64,000 nt of DNA. Origin: Bacteroidales bacterium. Lineage in GTDB: Bacteria > Bacteroidota > Bacteroidia > Bacteroidales > UBA12077. The stretch is from assembly GCA_030637515.1 (NCBI GenBank), contig DAOWGM010000155.1, positions 12,532 to 76,531 of the forward strand, given 5' to 3'. The notes under the pieces are model-generated. The model was not told the DNA's origin. It saw only the letters and a list, made by a program, of their open reading frames with translations, and made no database searches. The position numbers were made by a program, and so were the translations under genes. Each line of letters opens with the position of its first letter. Within the stretch, counting starts at the first letter, position 1. This document shows, one piece after another, positions 21,425 through 30,359 of this stretch.

Positions 21425-21459
21425 GACTTTTAACTTTTAAACTTTCAACCTGTAACTTA
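21425..21459. repeat. Heptamer array, upstream arm of the four-helix-bundle gene (inverted relative to the downstream arm)
   Basis: + strand: GACTTTT AACTTTT AAACTTT CAACCTG TAACTTA. Confidence 0.75.
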
Positions 21460-21462
21460 GGT

Positions 21463-22536
21463 TTATGCGTTTTTAGCTTCGAAATCTTTCATTGCTTGAA
21501 CTAATGCTTGAACATCTTCTATTGTAGAAGCATTGTAAGTAGAAGCACGGAAACCACCAACTGAACGGTGACCTTTAATTCCAACACAATTTCTTTCAGC
21601 AGCAAAAGCAACAAAATCAGCTTCTTTTTCTTTGTATTCATCTTTCATAACAAATACAATATTCATTAAAGAACGATCTTCTTTTACAACCGGGCAAACA
21701 AACATATTGCTTTCATCAATAGCAGAATATAATAAATCAGCTCTTTCTTTTGCTATTTTTTCCATTGCTGCAACACCACCCATTGCTTTAACCCACTTAA
21801 GAGTTTCGCGAACAGCAAATATATTTACTACAGGAGGAGTATTGTACATTGAACCATTATCAGCGTAAGTCTTATATTGCAACATAGTAGGAATTGGACG
21901 ATCGGCTACCATTTCTTCCATAAAACTATCTTTAATGATAACGAAAGTTACACCTGCAGGTCCTAAGTTCTTTTGAGCTCCACCATAAATCATGTCATAT
22001 TTAGCAATATCAACCGGGCGACTTAAAAAGTCAGAAGACATATCGGCAATTAATGGAATATTAACATCTAAATCTTCGAAAATTTCTGTACCACGAATTG
22101 TGTTATTTGTAGTTATATGAAGATAATCCATATCATTAGGAACGTCATATCCTTTTGGATAATAAGTGAAGTCTTTATCTTTAGAAGATACTTCAAGTAC
22201 TTCGCCCCAAAATTTAGCTTCTTTAATTGCCTTTGATGACCAAGTTCCTGTATTAATATACATTGCTTTTGATTTCATAAAGTTATAAGCAATCATGGCA
22301 AATTGCATACTTGCACCACCACCTAAGAATAATACAGAATATCCTTCAGGAATGCTTAGTACTTCTTTCATTAAAGAAACAGCTTCATCCATTACTGCTT
22401 GAAATTCTTTTCCTCGGTGAGAAACTTCTAAGATAGATTGTCCCATTCCGTTCCAATCAAGAACAGCTTCAGATGTGTTTTTTAATAATGAATCTGATAA
22501 TTTACATGGACCAGCGTTAAAAATATGCTTTCTCAT
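21463..22536 (-). CDS. serC: Phosphoserine aminotransferase
   Basis: [26 protein letters not shown] (PLP Lys) and [11 protein letters not shown]. Confidence 0.95.
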   Translation of the reverse strand: MRKHIFNAGPCKLSDSLLKNTSEAVLDWNGMGQSILEVSHRGKEFQAVMDEAVSLMKEVLSIPEGYSVLFLGGGASMQFAMIAYNFMKSKAMYINTGTWSSKAIKEAKFWGEVLEVSSKDKDFTYYPKGYDVPNDMDYLHITTNNTIRGTEIFEDLDVNIPLIADMSSDFLSRPVDIAKYDMIYGGAQKNLGPAGVTFVIIKDSFMEEMVADRPIPTMLQYKTYADNGSMYNTPPVVNIFAVRETLKWVKAMGGVAAMEKIAKERADLLYSAIDESNMFVCPVVKEDRSLMNIVFVMKDEYKEKEADFVAFAAERNCVGIKGHRSVGGFRASTYNASTIEDVQALVQAMKDFEAKNA

Positions 22537-22692
22537 AATTTATTGTTTTTTAAATTGTTAACTATTCTCAAAATCAGACTGCAAGATGTAAAAAATATTT
22601 AAATAATAACATCAAATTTATATGATGTTCAACACCTTTTTTGATTTAGAAAATGGAAGATAAAATTAAGAATAAACTGGCAAATAAAAAAC

Positions 22693-23418
22693 TCAGAATT
22701 GTGGTATTTTCTTTAAATCAATAATATAATCACCCTTTAGCACAGGAATCACTTCTGCAACATCTATTTTGAAACAATAACCAATTATTTTTTCCATACC
22801 CAAAGTCATTAATCTTTTATATTGATACATCGTTTTTATGTATTCTGAAAGATCTTTTTTAGCTAAGTTCCATAATTCAATAGAAGAATTCACAGAGTCA
22901 CTGTTTGATATAAAGTTATTTTGCAATAATTTTTCTGAAAGGGCTCCTGCGAATATTGAATCTTCCGTACAAAAATCTCCTTGCCACCCTGAACATAGAA
23001 TTAGAACATCTTTTTGTTCATGCGATAGATAATTGCTTACTTCCGTTATGTTTAAAAATGAGGCTAAAATTACACTTTTCGCTTTTTTAGCTAAATTAAT
23101 GGTATTTGTCCCATTTGTAGTACTATAAACTAAAGTTTTCCCTCCGATTTTTTCAGGAGTAAAAGTATAAGGTGAATTATCAAAATCGGCAAAATCAACT
23201 TTCTTACCATTTCGTTCAGCAGCAACTAAAAATCCTTTTTCCTTTAATTCTTTTGCTTCATCGAGAGTTTTTACTGGAATTAGCTTATAAAGTCCGTTTT
23301 GAAACATAGTAGTTATAATAGTTGTAGCTCGAAGTACATCCACAATAACAACTATTTTGTTTTCTAATGTATAATTATCAAACAGTTTGGGACTTAAGCA
23401 AACTTCAATTTTATTCAT
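22693..23418 (-). CDS. comB: 2-phosphosulfolactate phosphatase (ComB) family protein
   Basis: VDVLRATT, DNSP, TTNGT and EDxxxAG motifs. Confidence 0.88.
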   Translation of the reverse strand: MNKIEVCLSPKLFDNYTLENKIVVIVDVLRATTIITTMFQNGLYKLIPVKTLDEAKELKEKGFLVAAERNGKKVDFADFDNSPYTFTPEKIGGKTLVYSTTNGTNTINLAKKAKSVILASFLNITEVSNYLSHEQKDVLILCSGWQGDFCTEDSIFAGALSEKLLQNNFISNSDSVNSSIELWNLAKKDLSEYIKTMYQYKRLMTLGMEKIIGYCFKIDVAEVIPVLKGDYIIDLKKIPQF

Positions 23419-23445
23419 AAATTAAAATTAAAAAACAAAGTTAAT

Positions 23446-23471
23446 AAAAAACCCTACTAAAATTAGTAGGG
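23446..23471 (-). terminator. Intrinsic terminator after gcvT
   Basis: CCCTACTAA-aa-TTAGTAGGG with a U-tract on the - strand. Confidence 0.7.
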
Positions 23472-23496
23472 CACTTTGTATATCTATGTAATAGAA

Positions 23497-24603
23497 TTAT
23501 TTACTTTCATGAAATGGAGCGCGAGCAACCTTTGCTTTTATTTTTTTGTTTCGAATTTCAATAAAGATTTCAGTTCCTACTTTCCAAAATCCTTTATTCA
23601 AGTATGCCATACCAACACCTTGTTTTAAAATTGGTGACATTGTTCCTGAAGTTACTTCACCAATTTCGTTTCCTTCAGCATCAACAACTTTATAATGCTG
23701 ACGTGGAATTCCACGTTCTTCCATAATAAAACCTTTTAATCGCGGAGAAACTCCTTCTTCCTTTTGCTTTTCCCATTTTTCACGATCGATAAAATCATTT
23801 CCTTCAACAAATTTGGTTATCCAGCCTAAACCTGCTTGAATTGCAGAAGTTTCATCGTTAATATCGTTACCATATAAGCAAAACCCTGATTCTAAACGTA
23901 AAGTATCACGAGCAGCTAATCCTATAGGCTTAATTCCAAATTCTTCTCCAGCTTCAAATACAGCTTTCCATAATTTTGCAGCATCTTCGTTAGCGACATA
24001 TATTTCACAACCACCAGAACCAGTATATCCTGTTGTTGAGAAAATCACATCTTTAATTCCTGCAATTTCACACTTTTGAAAAGTGTAATATTCCATATCA
24101 ACAACATTTGCAGAGGTTAGCTTTTGCATTGCTTTTAATGCTAAAGGACCTTGAACTGCCAATTGAGCAATTTCATCAGATGCATTATAAACATCTTTGC
24201 CAATTTCCAATCCCATTTCTTGTGCATTCTTAGTTACCCAAGCCCAATCTTTATCAATATTTGCAGCATTAACAACTAACAAGTAAGTTTCATCATCAAA
24301 TTTATAAACTAATAAATCATCAACAATTCCACCTTTTCCATTTGGAAAACACGAATATTGAACCTTACCATTATATAAATCAGCAACATCATTTGATGTC
24401 ACTTTCTGAACTAAATCATAAGCTTTAGGACCTTTAACCCAAAACTCACCCATATGAGAAACATCAAAAACTCCGATTTTCTCACGAGTAGTCATATGTT
24501 CATCATTAATTCCTGAATACTCAATTGGCATATTAAAACCACAAAAAGGGAGCATTTTAGCTCCTAAATCAATATGAAATTGTGTGAATGCTGTATTTTT
24601 CAT
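23497..24603 (-). CDS. gcvT: Glycine cleavage system aminomethyltransferase T
   Basis: [24 protein letters not shown] and GEVTSGT motifs. Confidence 0.96.
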   Translation of the reverse strand: MKNTAFTQFHIDLGAKMLPFCGFNMPIEYSGINDEHMTTREKIGVFDVSHMGEFWVKGPKAYDLVQKVTSNDVADLYNGKVQYSCFPNGKGGIVDDLLVYKFDDETYLLVVNAANIDKDWAWVTKNAQEMGLEIGKDVYNASDEIAQLAVQGPLALKAMQKLTSANVVDMEYYTFQKCEIAGIKDVIFSTTGYTGSGGCEIYVANEDAAKLWKAVFEAGEEFGIKPIGLAARDTLRLESGFCLYGNDINDETSAIQAGLGWITKFVEGNDFIDREKWEKQKEEGVSPRLKGFIMEERGIPRQHYKVVDAEGNEIGEVTSGTMSPILKQGVGMAYLNKGFWKVGTEIFIEIRNKKIKAKVARAPFHESK

Positions 24604-24638
24604 TTATATGTTTTTAAAGAATAATTTTAAACGTGGTA

Positions 24639-24646
24639 CAAAGCTA
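24639..24646 (-). promoter_or_regulatory. Candidate -7 element for gcvT
   Basis: TAGCTTTG on the - strand, 35 nt upstream of the ATG. Confidence 0.5.
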
Positions 24647-24697
24647 TAAAATTTTAATAAAATAATTTATGTTTTAAATACATATCCGTTTACAAAG

Positions 24698-24729
24698 AAA
24701 TGGATGATTATATTCATAACCATCCATTT
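24698..24729 (-). terminator. Hairpin after the OmpA-family gene
   Basis: AAATGGATG...CATCCATTT inverted repeat. Confidence 0.5.
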
Positions 24730-24749
24730 GTATAATAGTTTTAAATTTT

Positions 24750-26825
24750 CTATTTACTTATTACTTTAAATTCAACTCTACGATTCTGTGCTCTTCCTTC
24801 TGCAGTATTATTGTCTGCAACAGGCTGATTAAATGCATATCCTTTATATTCTAAACGACTACTTCCAACTCCTTTAATAACAAGGTATTCAACTACACTT
24901 TTTGCACGGGATTCAGAAAGTTTTTGATTAACACGATATGATCCAACATTATCTGTATGTCCAGAAATCTCTAATCGAATAGTTGGATTTTCTATTAATA
25001 GATTTGCTAAAAGCTCAAGTTCACCTTCTGATTCTGGTTTTATAGTTGCTTTATTAGTTTCAAAGAAGATGTTATTTAATACCATTTTCGCTCCTACGTC
25101 GATTTTATCAAGTTGGAAATTTGCTCGAACTTTACTATCAACAACCTGCTTTTGAGATAAGTAGACTATTTCAACAAAGAATAAATAATCTTTAGCAGTT
25201 ACCTCTACTCCATAATCCTTCTTTTTCGGAATCTTTATCTTATAAGCACCAGAAGTATCGGCAAGTCCGGTTGCAATAACCTGACTTAACTCAAGATCTA
25301 TAACCTCTATTTTAGCTAATTCAATTTTTTCTGCAGTTTTTGAATCTGTTACCAAACCAATCATGTATAAAGCAGTATCAACTTTTGTTTCTTCAGGAAT
25401 ATGATAGAATAATTTTTCAATTGGTTTATGATTCCATACAAGTAGATTATCTTCCTGACTTAATTTCAGTTCTTTTTCTTCTCCAAGGAAAATAATTTTA
25501 TATAAATCTTTGCCTCCAAAACCATTATCTCGAACAGATGAATAATAAGCTTGTTTGCCATTCTCATCCATTTTAAAGAAAATATCATCATTCGGAGTAT
25601 TAATAGGATAGCCCAAATTTTCTGGATTTGACCACATACCTGATGCGTCTCTTTCAATTACAAAAACATCAAATTCTCCCATAGAATTATGTCCCTGAGA
25701 ACTAAAATAGACTTTATCTTCTTTAGGATGCCAGAATACGCCTTCTTCATCATAAATTGTATTAATAGCTGCTCCCATATTCACAGGCTCTGACCATTTA
25801 TCCTTTTCGTTCAATTTACTGTAGAAAATATCCAATCCACCAATAGTTCCTTTTTGATTTGACACAAAAAATATCTCAGAACCATCCGGACTAAATGTAA
25901 TAGTAGTTTCCTGATCTTTTGAAAGAATTTTACCTGATATTCCTTTAGGTGATTTCCAATTCCCCTTTTTCAGTTCGCTAACCATAATATCTCCGCCACC
26001 TTCTTTACCATTATATAAGTAAATATAGTTTCCATCCGCCGAAATTGCTACTACTGATTCATTGTTTTTTGAATCTATTTTATTTTCAAGCACCTTAGGC
26101 TTTCTCCATAATTCACCTGCCTGCTCTGAAACAAATATATTTTCATAGTATTTATTATCACCCTCGTATACTTTATCTTTTTTATCTATTTCTCTTCGTG
26201 AAGTAAAATAAAGTTGATCCTGATTTGGATGCAATACTGGATTATAATCGTCATATTCCGAATTAATTCTTTCACCCAAATTATTTATAATAACTCTTAC
26301 AGGTTCGTTTACTAGCTCTTTACCATATTTACATTGCCTAATATAATTATCGACACCAACCTCAAAATCTTCCAATTCTTTTACTGAAAATGAACTGTAA
26401 TAAGCCTTATACTGCTCAATAGCATTGTCGAAATCTAAATTTAAATGATACCCACGAGCTAACATATAATGAATATCATCAGCTACATTATTGTCCTTTA
26501 AATATGCTTTTTCAAGAAATTCTGTTGCATAATAAAACTTATCTGTAACCAGATAACATACTCCAATCTTATAATTAAGTTCGGCACAATCCGAATTGTA
26601 CTTTGCAGCTCTTAAATAATGCTTAAGTGCATCAGGAAATGTTCCAATACCTGCAGTAAAAAGCTTTTCACCTTCTTTAACTTCTTTCCAGGCTTCTTTA
26701 AGACCTACTTCTTTTATATCAATTTGAAAATCGCTTTTCTTAATTTTTATATTCTCCTGAGCTGATATGGAAAAACTTATAATCAGGATTATAAATGATA
26801 AAGCGGTTGATTTTATTATTCTCAT
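24750..26825 (-). CDS. TPR / PD40 beta-propeller / OmpA C-terminal domain protein (PorE-like architecture)
   Basis: Signal peptide, TPR, PD40 repeats (NLGYPINTPNDD, GFGGKDLY), and GHTD...LSESRA...NRRVEF peptidoglycan-binding domain. Confidence 0.9.
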   Translation of the reverse strand: MRIIKSTALSFIILIISFSISAQENIKIKKSDFQIDIKEVGLKEAWKEVKEGEKLFTAGIGTFPDALKHYLRAAKYNSDCAELNYKIGVCYLVTDKFYYATEFLEKAYLKDNNVADDIHYMLARGYHLNLDFDNAIEQYKAYYSSFSVKELEDFEVGVDNYIRQCKYGKELVNEPVRVIINNLGERINSEYDDYNPVLHPNQDQLYFTSRREIDKKDKVYEGDNKYYENIFVSEQAGELWRKPKVLENKIDSKNNESVVAISADGNYIYLYNGKEGGGDIMVSELKKGNWKSPKGISGKILSKDQETTITFSPDGSEIFFVSNQKGTIGGLDIFYSKLNEKDKWSEPVNMGAAINTIYDEEGVFWHPKEDKVYFSSQGHNSMGEFDVFVIERDASGMWSNPENLGYPINTPNDDIFFKMDENGKQAYYSSVRDNGFGGKDLYKIIFLGEEKELKLSQEDNLLVWNHKPIEKLFYHIPEETKVDTALYMIGLVTDSKTAEKIELAKIEVIDLELSQVIATGLADTSGAYKIKIPKKKDYGVEVTAKDYLFFVEIVYLSQKQVVDSKVRANFQLDKIDVGAKMVLNNIFFETNKATIKPESEGELELLANLLIENPTIRLEISGHTDNVGSYRVNQKLSESRAKSVVEYLVIKGVGSSRLEYKGYAFNQPVADNNTAEGRAQNRRVEFKVISK

Positions 26826-26843
26826 TTTATTGTCAATGTTTGG

Positions 26844-27896
26844 TTATTCACATTCAGTCATATATTTCGCTGCTTCTTCAATGCCAAGCTCAAATGCCAT
26901 TTTCCAATCGGAACATGCTCCTGAAAATTTTCCCAGAAACTCTTTAGCATACCCACGATTCATATAGGCTTCTGCATATTCTGGATTTAATTCGAGAGCT
27001 TTATCCAAGTCTTTTTCAGCACCTAAATAATTTTCCATTTTAATTTTTGCAATACCACTATTATTATATGCCTGAGCATATTCCTTATTTATTTCAATTA
27101 CACGTTCAAAATCTTTTAAAGCAGCTTCAAAATTCCCCATTTGATAATGAGTGCAACCTCTATTATTCAATGCATTATAGTATTCATTATCTTTTTGAAA
27201 GGCTTTTGTATAATCTTTGAGTGCTCCCTGAAAATCACCTGTTTTTATCTTACAACTACCCCTATTATCATATGCAATAACAATGGTTGAATCGTATGAT
27301 AAAGTCTGCTCATAATCATGAATTGCACCATGGTAATCGCCTAACATTCTTTTTGAACTTCCTCGTTCATTGTATGCATAAGCAAAGTCATATTTTTTGT
27401 CTATTGCAAGAGTAAAGTCAATAAGCGCACTATTAAAATCACTTAACTCAAAATACATTAATCCTCTAAAATAATATGCTTCAGGTTTTGCATAACCCTT
27501 TTGTATAGCATGCGTGAAATCTGTTAATGCATTCTGATAATCCTTCATCAGCAACTTCATATAACCTCTAACATAAAAAGCTTCACCCTGCCCCTCATTT
27601 ATTTCAATAGCTTTAGCTATATCATTCATTGCCAGATCGAATTCTTGATTTAAGATTTTGATTTTTGCTCTTTCAAGATACGGAAGATCATACTCGGGTA
27701 AAAAAAATAATGCTTTATCAAACTTTAAATGTGCTTCAGTATACTTTTCATCAATTGTAAATCTGACACCTTCGTTAAAAGTTAATTTTGCTTTTTTCTG
27801 GAGTTCTTTAATCTCATCTTCAAGTGAATCAGAAGATTGAGCAATCAAGCTTAAAGAAGCCAAAATAACCGAAAATGTAAATAAGGTTTTTTTCAT
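26844..27896 (-). CDS. Secreted tetratricopeptide repeat protein
   Basis: Multiple AYxxRG...AxxDFxxA repeats; ACSDW C-terminal cap. Confidence 0.92.
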   Translation of the reverse strand: MKKTLFTFSVILASLSLIAQSSDSLEDEIKELQKKAKLTFNEGVRFTIDEKYTEAHLKFDKALFFLPEYDLPYLERAKIKILNQEFDLAMNDIAKAIEINEGQGEAFYVRGYMKLLMKDYQNALTDFTHAIQKGYAKPEAYYFRGLMYFELSDFNSALIDFTLAIDKKYDFAYAYNERGSSKRMLGDYHGAIHDYEQTLSYDSTIVIAYDNRGSCKIKTGDFQGALKDYTKAFQKDNEYYNALNNRGCTHYQMGNFEAALKDFERVIEINKEYAQAYNNSGIAKIKMENYLGAEKDLDKALELNPEYAEAYMNRGYAKEFLGKFSGACSDWKMAFELGIEEAAKYMTECE

Positions 27897-28085
27897 AGAA
27901 TTTTGATAAATTTTATCTTTACTAAAAGTTTAACTTTAAACAATTAAAATTGTTTAATAAAAAAAAGCATTGTAAATATAAAAATTTATATTTCGTAATT
28001 CTAAAATCGCTATCATAAAATTTTTGAATCTCGTAAAAGTTTATTTTATTGCATTAAATATTGTTAATTTATTATTACTCAAAAA

Positions 28086-28445
28086 ATGTCTGCCAAACTA
28101 AAACTTATTAATCTTGAATATTTAAATGAGATAAGTAACGGTAATACTGATTTTATTATTGATTTAATAGATATGTTTTTTGAACAAATTCCAGAATATC
28201 AGATAACTTTATCAGATTTATACGATAAAAAAGATTGGATTAATCTTGGAAAATTAGCTCACAAAGCCAAATCGGCTATACTTATGGTTGGAATGAAAGG
28301 GCTTGCAGATGATCTTAAGAAATTAGAAGAAAATGCAAAAGAGGGCATAAATATTAATGAATATCACGAAATAATTGTTAAATTTGTAAGAGAAAGTGAT
28401 CTTGCGATTGAAGAATTAAAAGAAGTACGAAAAAATTATAACTGA
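28086..28445 (+). CDS. Stand-alone Hpt phosphotransfer protein
   Basis: LAHKAKS...G Hpt motif. Confidence 0.85.
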   Translation: MSAKLKLINLEYLNEISNGNTDFIIDLIDMFFEQIPEYQITLSDLYDKKDWINLGKLAHKAKSAILMVGMKGLADDLKKLEENAKEGININEYHEIIVKFVRESDLAIEELKEVRKNYN

Positions 28446-28471
28446 AAATATTAACTTAAAAACCGGAATCT

Positions 28472-28810
28472 ATGTTAAAACATGAATCGAACAACGGTGT
28501 TGAGATACTTGAATTTGATAATGTAAGTAAATTAAATATCTTAATTGCCCAATCTTTAAAAGAAGAAGTTGCTCAATATTTAACAAAGGCAAATACCAAA
28601 CTTATTCTTAACCTGAAAGGTGTTGAATATGTTGATAGTTCTGGTTTTGGAGCTTTGCTTTCAATTTTAAGAAATGCAAAGAATAATGACAGCCAGTTCA
28701 AGATTTGCAATATTTCATCAGATGTTATGGAGTTGGTTAAATTACTACAATTACATAATGTTTTTGATATTTGCGCAGATATTGATAAATGTTTTGAATC
28801 TTTTGAATAG
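28472..28810 (+). CDS. STAS domain anti-sigma factor antagonist
   Basis: LNLKGVEYVDSSGFGAL motif with the phosphorylatable Ser. Confidence 0.9.
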   Translation: MLKHESNNGVEILEFDNVSKLNILIAQSLKEEVAQYLTKANTKLILNLKGVEYVDSSGFGALLSILRNAKNNDSQFKICNISSDVMELVKLLQLHNVFDICADIDKCFESFE

Positions 28811-28822
28811 AAAATATGCAAT

Positions 28823-28860
28823 CTAATAAAAAGGCCGGTTTAACCGGCCTTTTTTATTAG
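28823..28860 (+). terminator. Intrinsic terminator
   Basis: AAAAAGGCCGGTT-t-AACCGGCCTTTTTT. Confidence 0.85.
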
Positions 28861-28962
28861 TATCAATAATCTTTAAAAAAATGTTCGCATATATTCATTT
28901 CATTTTTTAATGTTTAAAGCAAATTTGATTAGTTTTAATCAATAAAAACATTTTCCGAAAAC

Positions 28963-29736
28963 ATGAATTATTTTCAATTAAAGATGGAGATTATTAATGA
29001 GAAAAATGGGATCTATACCATTTCAATTTTTCATGATAATTCAAGTTGTAGGATTTGCTTTTCGCCTGAGACTAAAGAGTTACAATATTCTGAAAATAAT
29101 GACTTAACTCAATTTCTTAAATTAAAAGAATTTCAACTAAGAAAATTGTTACATAACAAAAGACCAAACAGCTTTTTTATTGGCTTTAAATTAAACTTCG
29201 TTTTGCATGATGGTTTACCGGATACAAGCTATTATGATCTGACAAAAATTACGGTTTTAGATAATTTGAATAATGAGTTTAACGTAAGTAAAACGAGGAA
29301 AAAAACTCCAAAAATCCCTGAACTCTTTACAGATGGATCATTTAATCATGTGAAAAATACTGGTGGCTTTGCTATATTAATTAAAACTATTCAAAACGAG
29401 TATTTAATGAATCAGGTTAAAACAAAACGAAAAGGGAATAACCTGATTGAACTTTTAGCTGTAATTGAAGGTCTTAAATATTTAAAAAAAGAAAAGAAAA
29501 TAAGGATTGTAACCGATAGCCAATATGTAATTAAAGGAATTACAGAATGGCTACCACTTTGGAAGCTGAATGAATTTTATACTGCCAATGGCAGTAAAGC
29601 AAAGAATATCACGGAATGGAAAAAGATCGATGCACTTATAAAAAATAAATATCTGGAATTTGAATGGGTAAAGGCTCATTCTGATCATTTTGAAAATACA
29701 ATTTGTGATATGAAAGCAAAATCCATATCTAAATAA
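28963..29736 (+). CDS. rnhA: Ribonuclease HI with N-terminal extension
   Basis: TDGS, NxxELLA, TDSQY, WVKAH and ENxxCD catalytic motifs in the C-terminal half. Confidence 0.82.
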   Translation: MNYFQLKMEIINEKNGIYTISIFHDNSSCRICFSPETKELQYSENNDLTQFLKLKEFQLRKLLHNKRPNSFFIGFKLNFVLHDGLPDTSYYDLTKITVLDNLNNEFNVSKTRKKTPKIPELFTDGSFNHVKNTGGFAILIKTIQNEYLMNQVKTKRKGNNLIELLAVIEGLKYLKKEKKIRIVTDSQYVIKGITEWLPLWKLNEFYTANGSKAKNITEWKKIDALIKNKYLEFEWVKAHSDHFENTICDMKAKSISK

Positions 29737-29743
29737 ATATAAG

Positions 29744-30313
29744 ATGAAAAAAATAAGTAAGAAACCAACACCTCTAATTTATCCTGTACCAGCTACAATG
29801 GTTAGCTGTGGGTCAAGTTCTGAGGATTTTAATATAATTACAATTGCCTGGACAGGAACCATTAATTCTATACCGCCAATGTGTTATGTCTCAATTCGAA
29901 AAGAAAGACATTCGCATGCAATTATTGCAAAAAATATGGAATTTGTAATAAACTACTCTACAAAAGATTTAGTAAGAGCTACCGATTTCTGCGGAAGAGT
30001 TTCAGGTAAGGATTTCAATAAATTCAAAGAGATGAATCTAACAGTCGGTAAAGGAGAAAAAGTAAGTGCTCCAATTATTGTTGAATCTCCTATAAACATT
30101 GAATGTAAAGTAACAGAAATTAAAGAATTAGGTTCGCACGACATGTTTTTAGCCGAGGTTGTAAACATCCAAGTATCAGAGAATTATATTGATGAGACTA
30201 ATGGCACTATTAATATGCAACATAATGATTTAATGGCATATTCCCATGGGAAATATGTGCAATTAGGAACTATTCTTGAACAAGCTGGATTCAGTGTGAA
30301 AAAAAATCAATAA
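29744..30313 (+). CDS. Flavin reductase family protein
   Basis: YPVPATMVS, NIITIAW, DFCG, IECKV and LGSHDMF motifs. Confidence 0.9.
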   Translation: MKKISKKPTPLIYPVPATMVSCGSSSEDFNIITIAWTGTINSIPPMCYVSIRKERHSHAIIAKNMEFVINYSTKDLVRATDFCGRVSGKDFNKFKEMNLTVGKGEKVSAPIIVESPINIECKVTEIKELGSHDMFLAEVVNIQVSENYIDETNGTINMQHNDLMAYSHGKYVQLGTILEQAGFSVKKNQ

Positions 30314-30319
30314 ATCTGT

Positions 30320-30327
30320 TATCTTTG
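30320..30327 (+). promoter_or_regulatory. Candidate -7 element for the TonB receptor
   Basis: TATCTTTG, 32 nt upstream of the ATG. Confidence 0.5.
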
Positions 30328-30359
30328 TTCAACTTGTTAAAACGGTACTCAAAAAATTA

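Noticed and set aside
19966-21459. Heptamer arrays as a CRISPR array or IS terminal repeats
   Set aside because: The units are 7 nt and degenerate, with no unique spacers, cas genes, transposase or target-site duplication.
22693-23418. Coenzyme M biosynthesis or a link to the sulfotransferase
   Set aside because: ComB-family genes next to gcvT are ordinary in Bacteroidota, and no comA/C/D/E is present.
24604-24749. Glycine riboswitch upstream of gcvT
   Set aside because: The region is short and very AT-rich, lacks the GGAGA/CAGG/CUCU cores, and is explained by a hairpin plus a -7 element.
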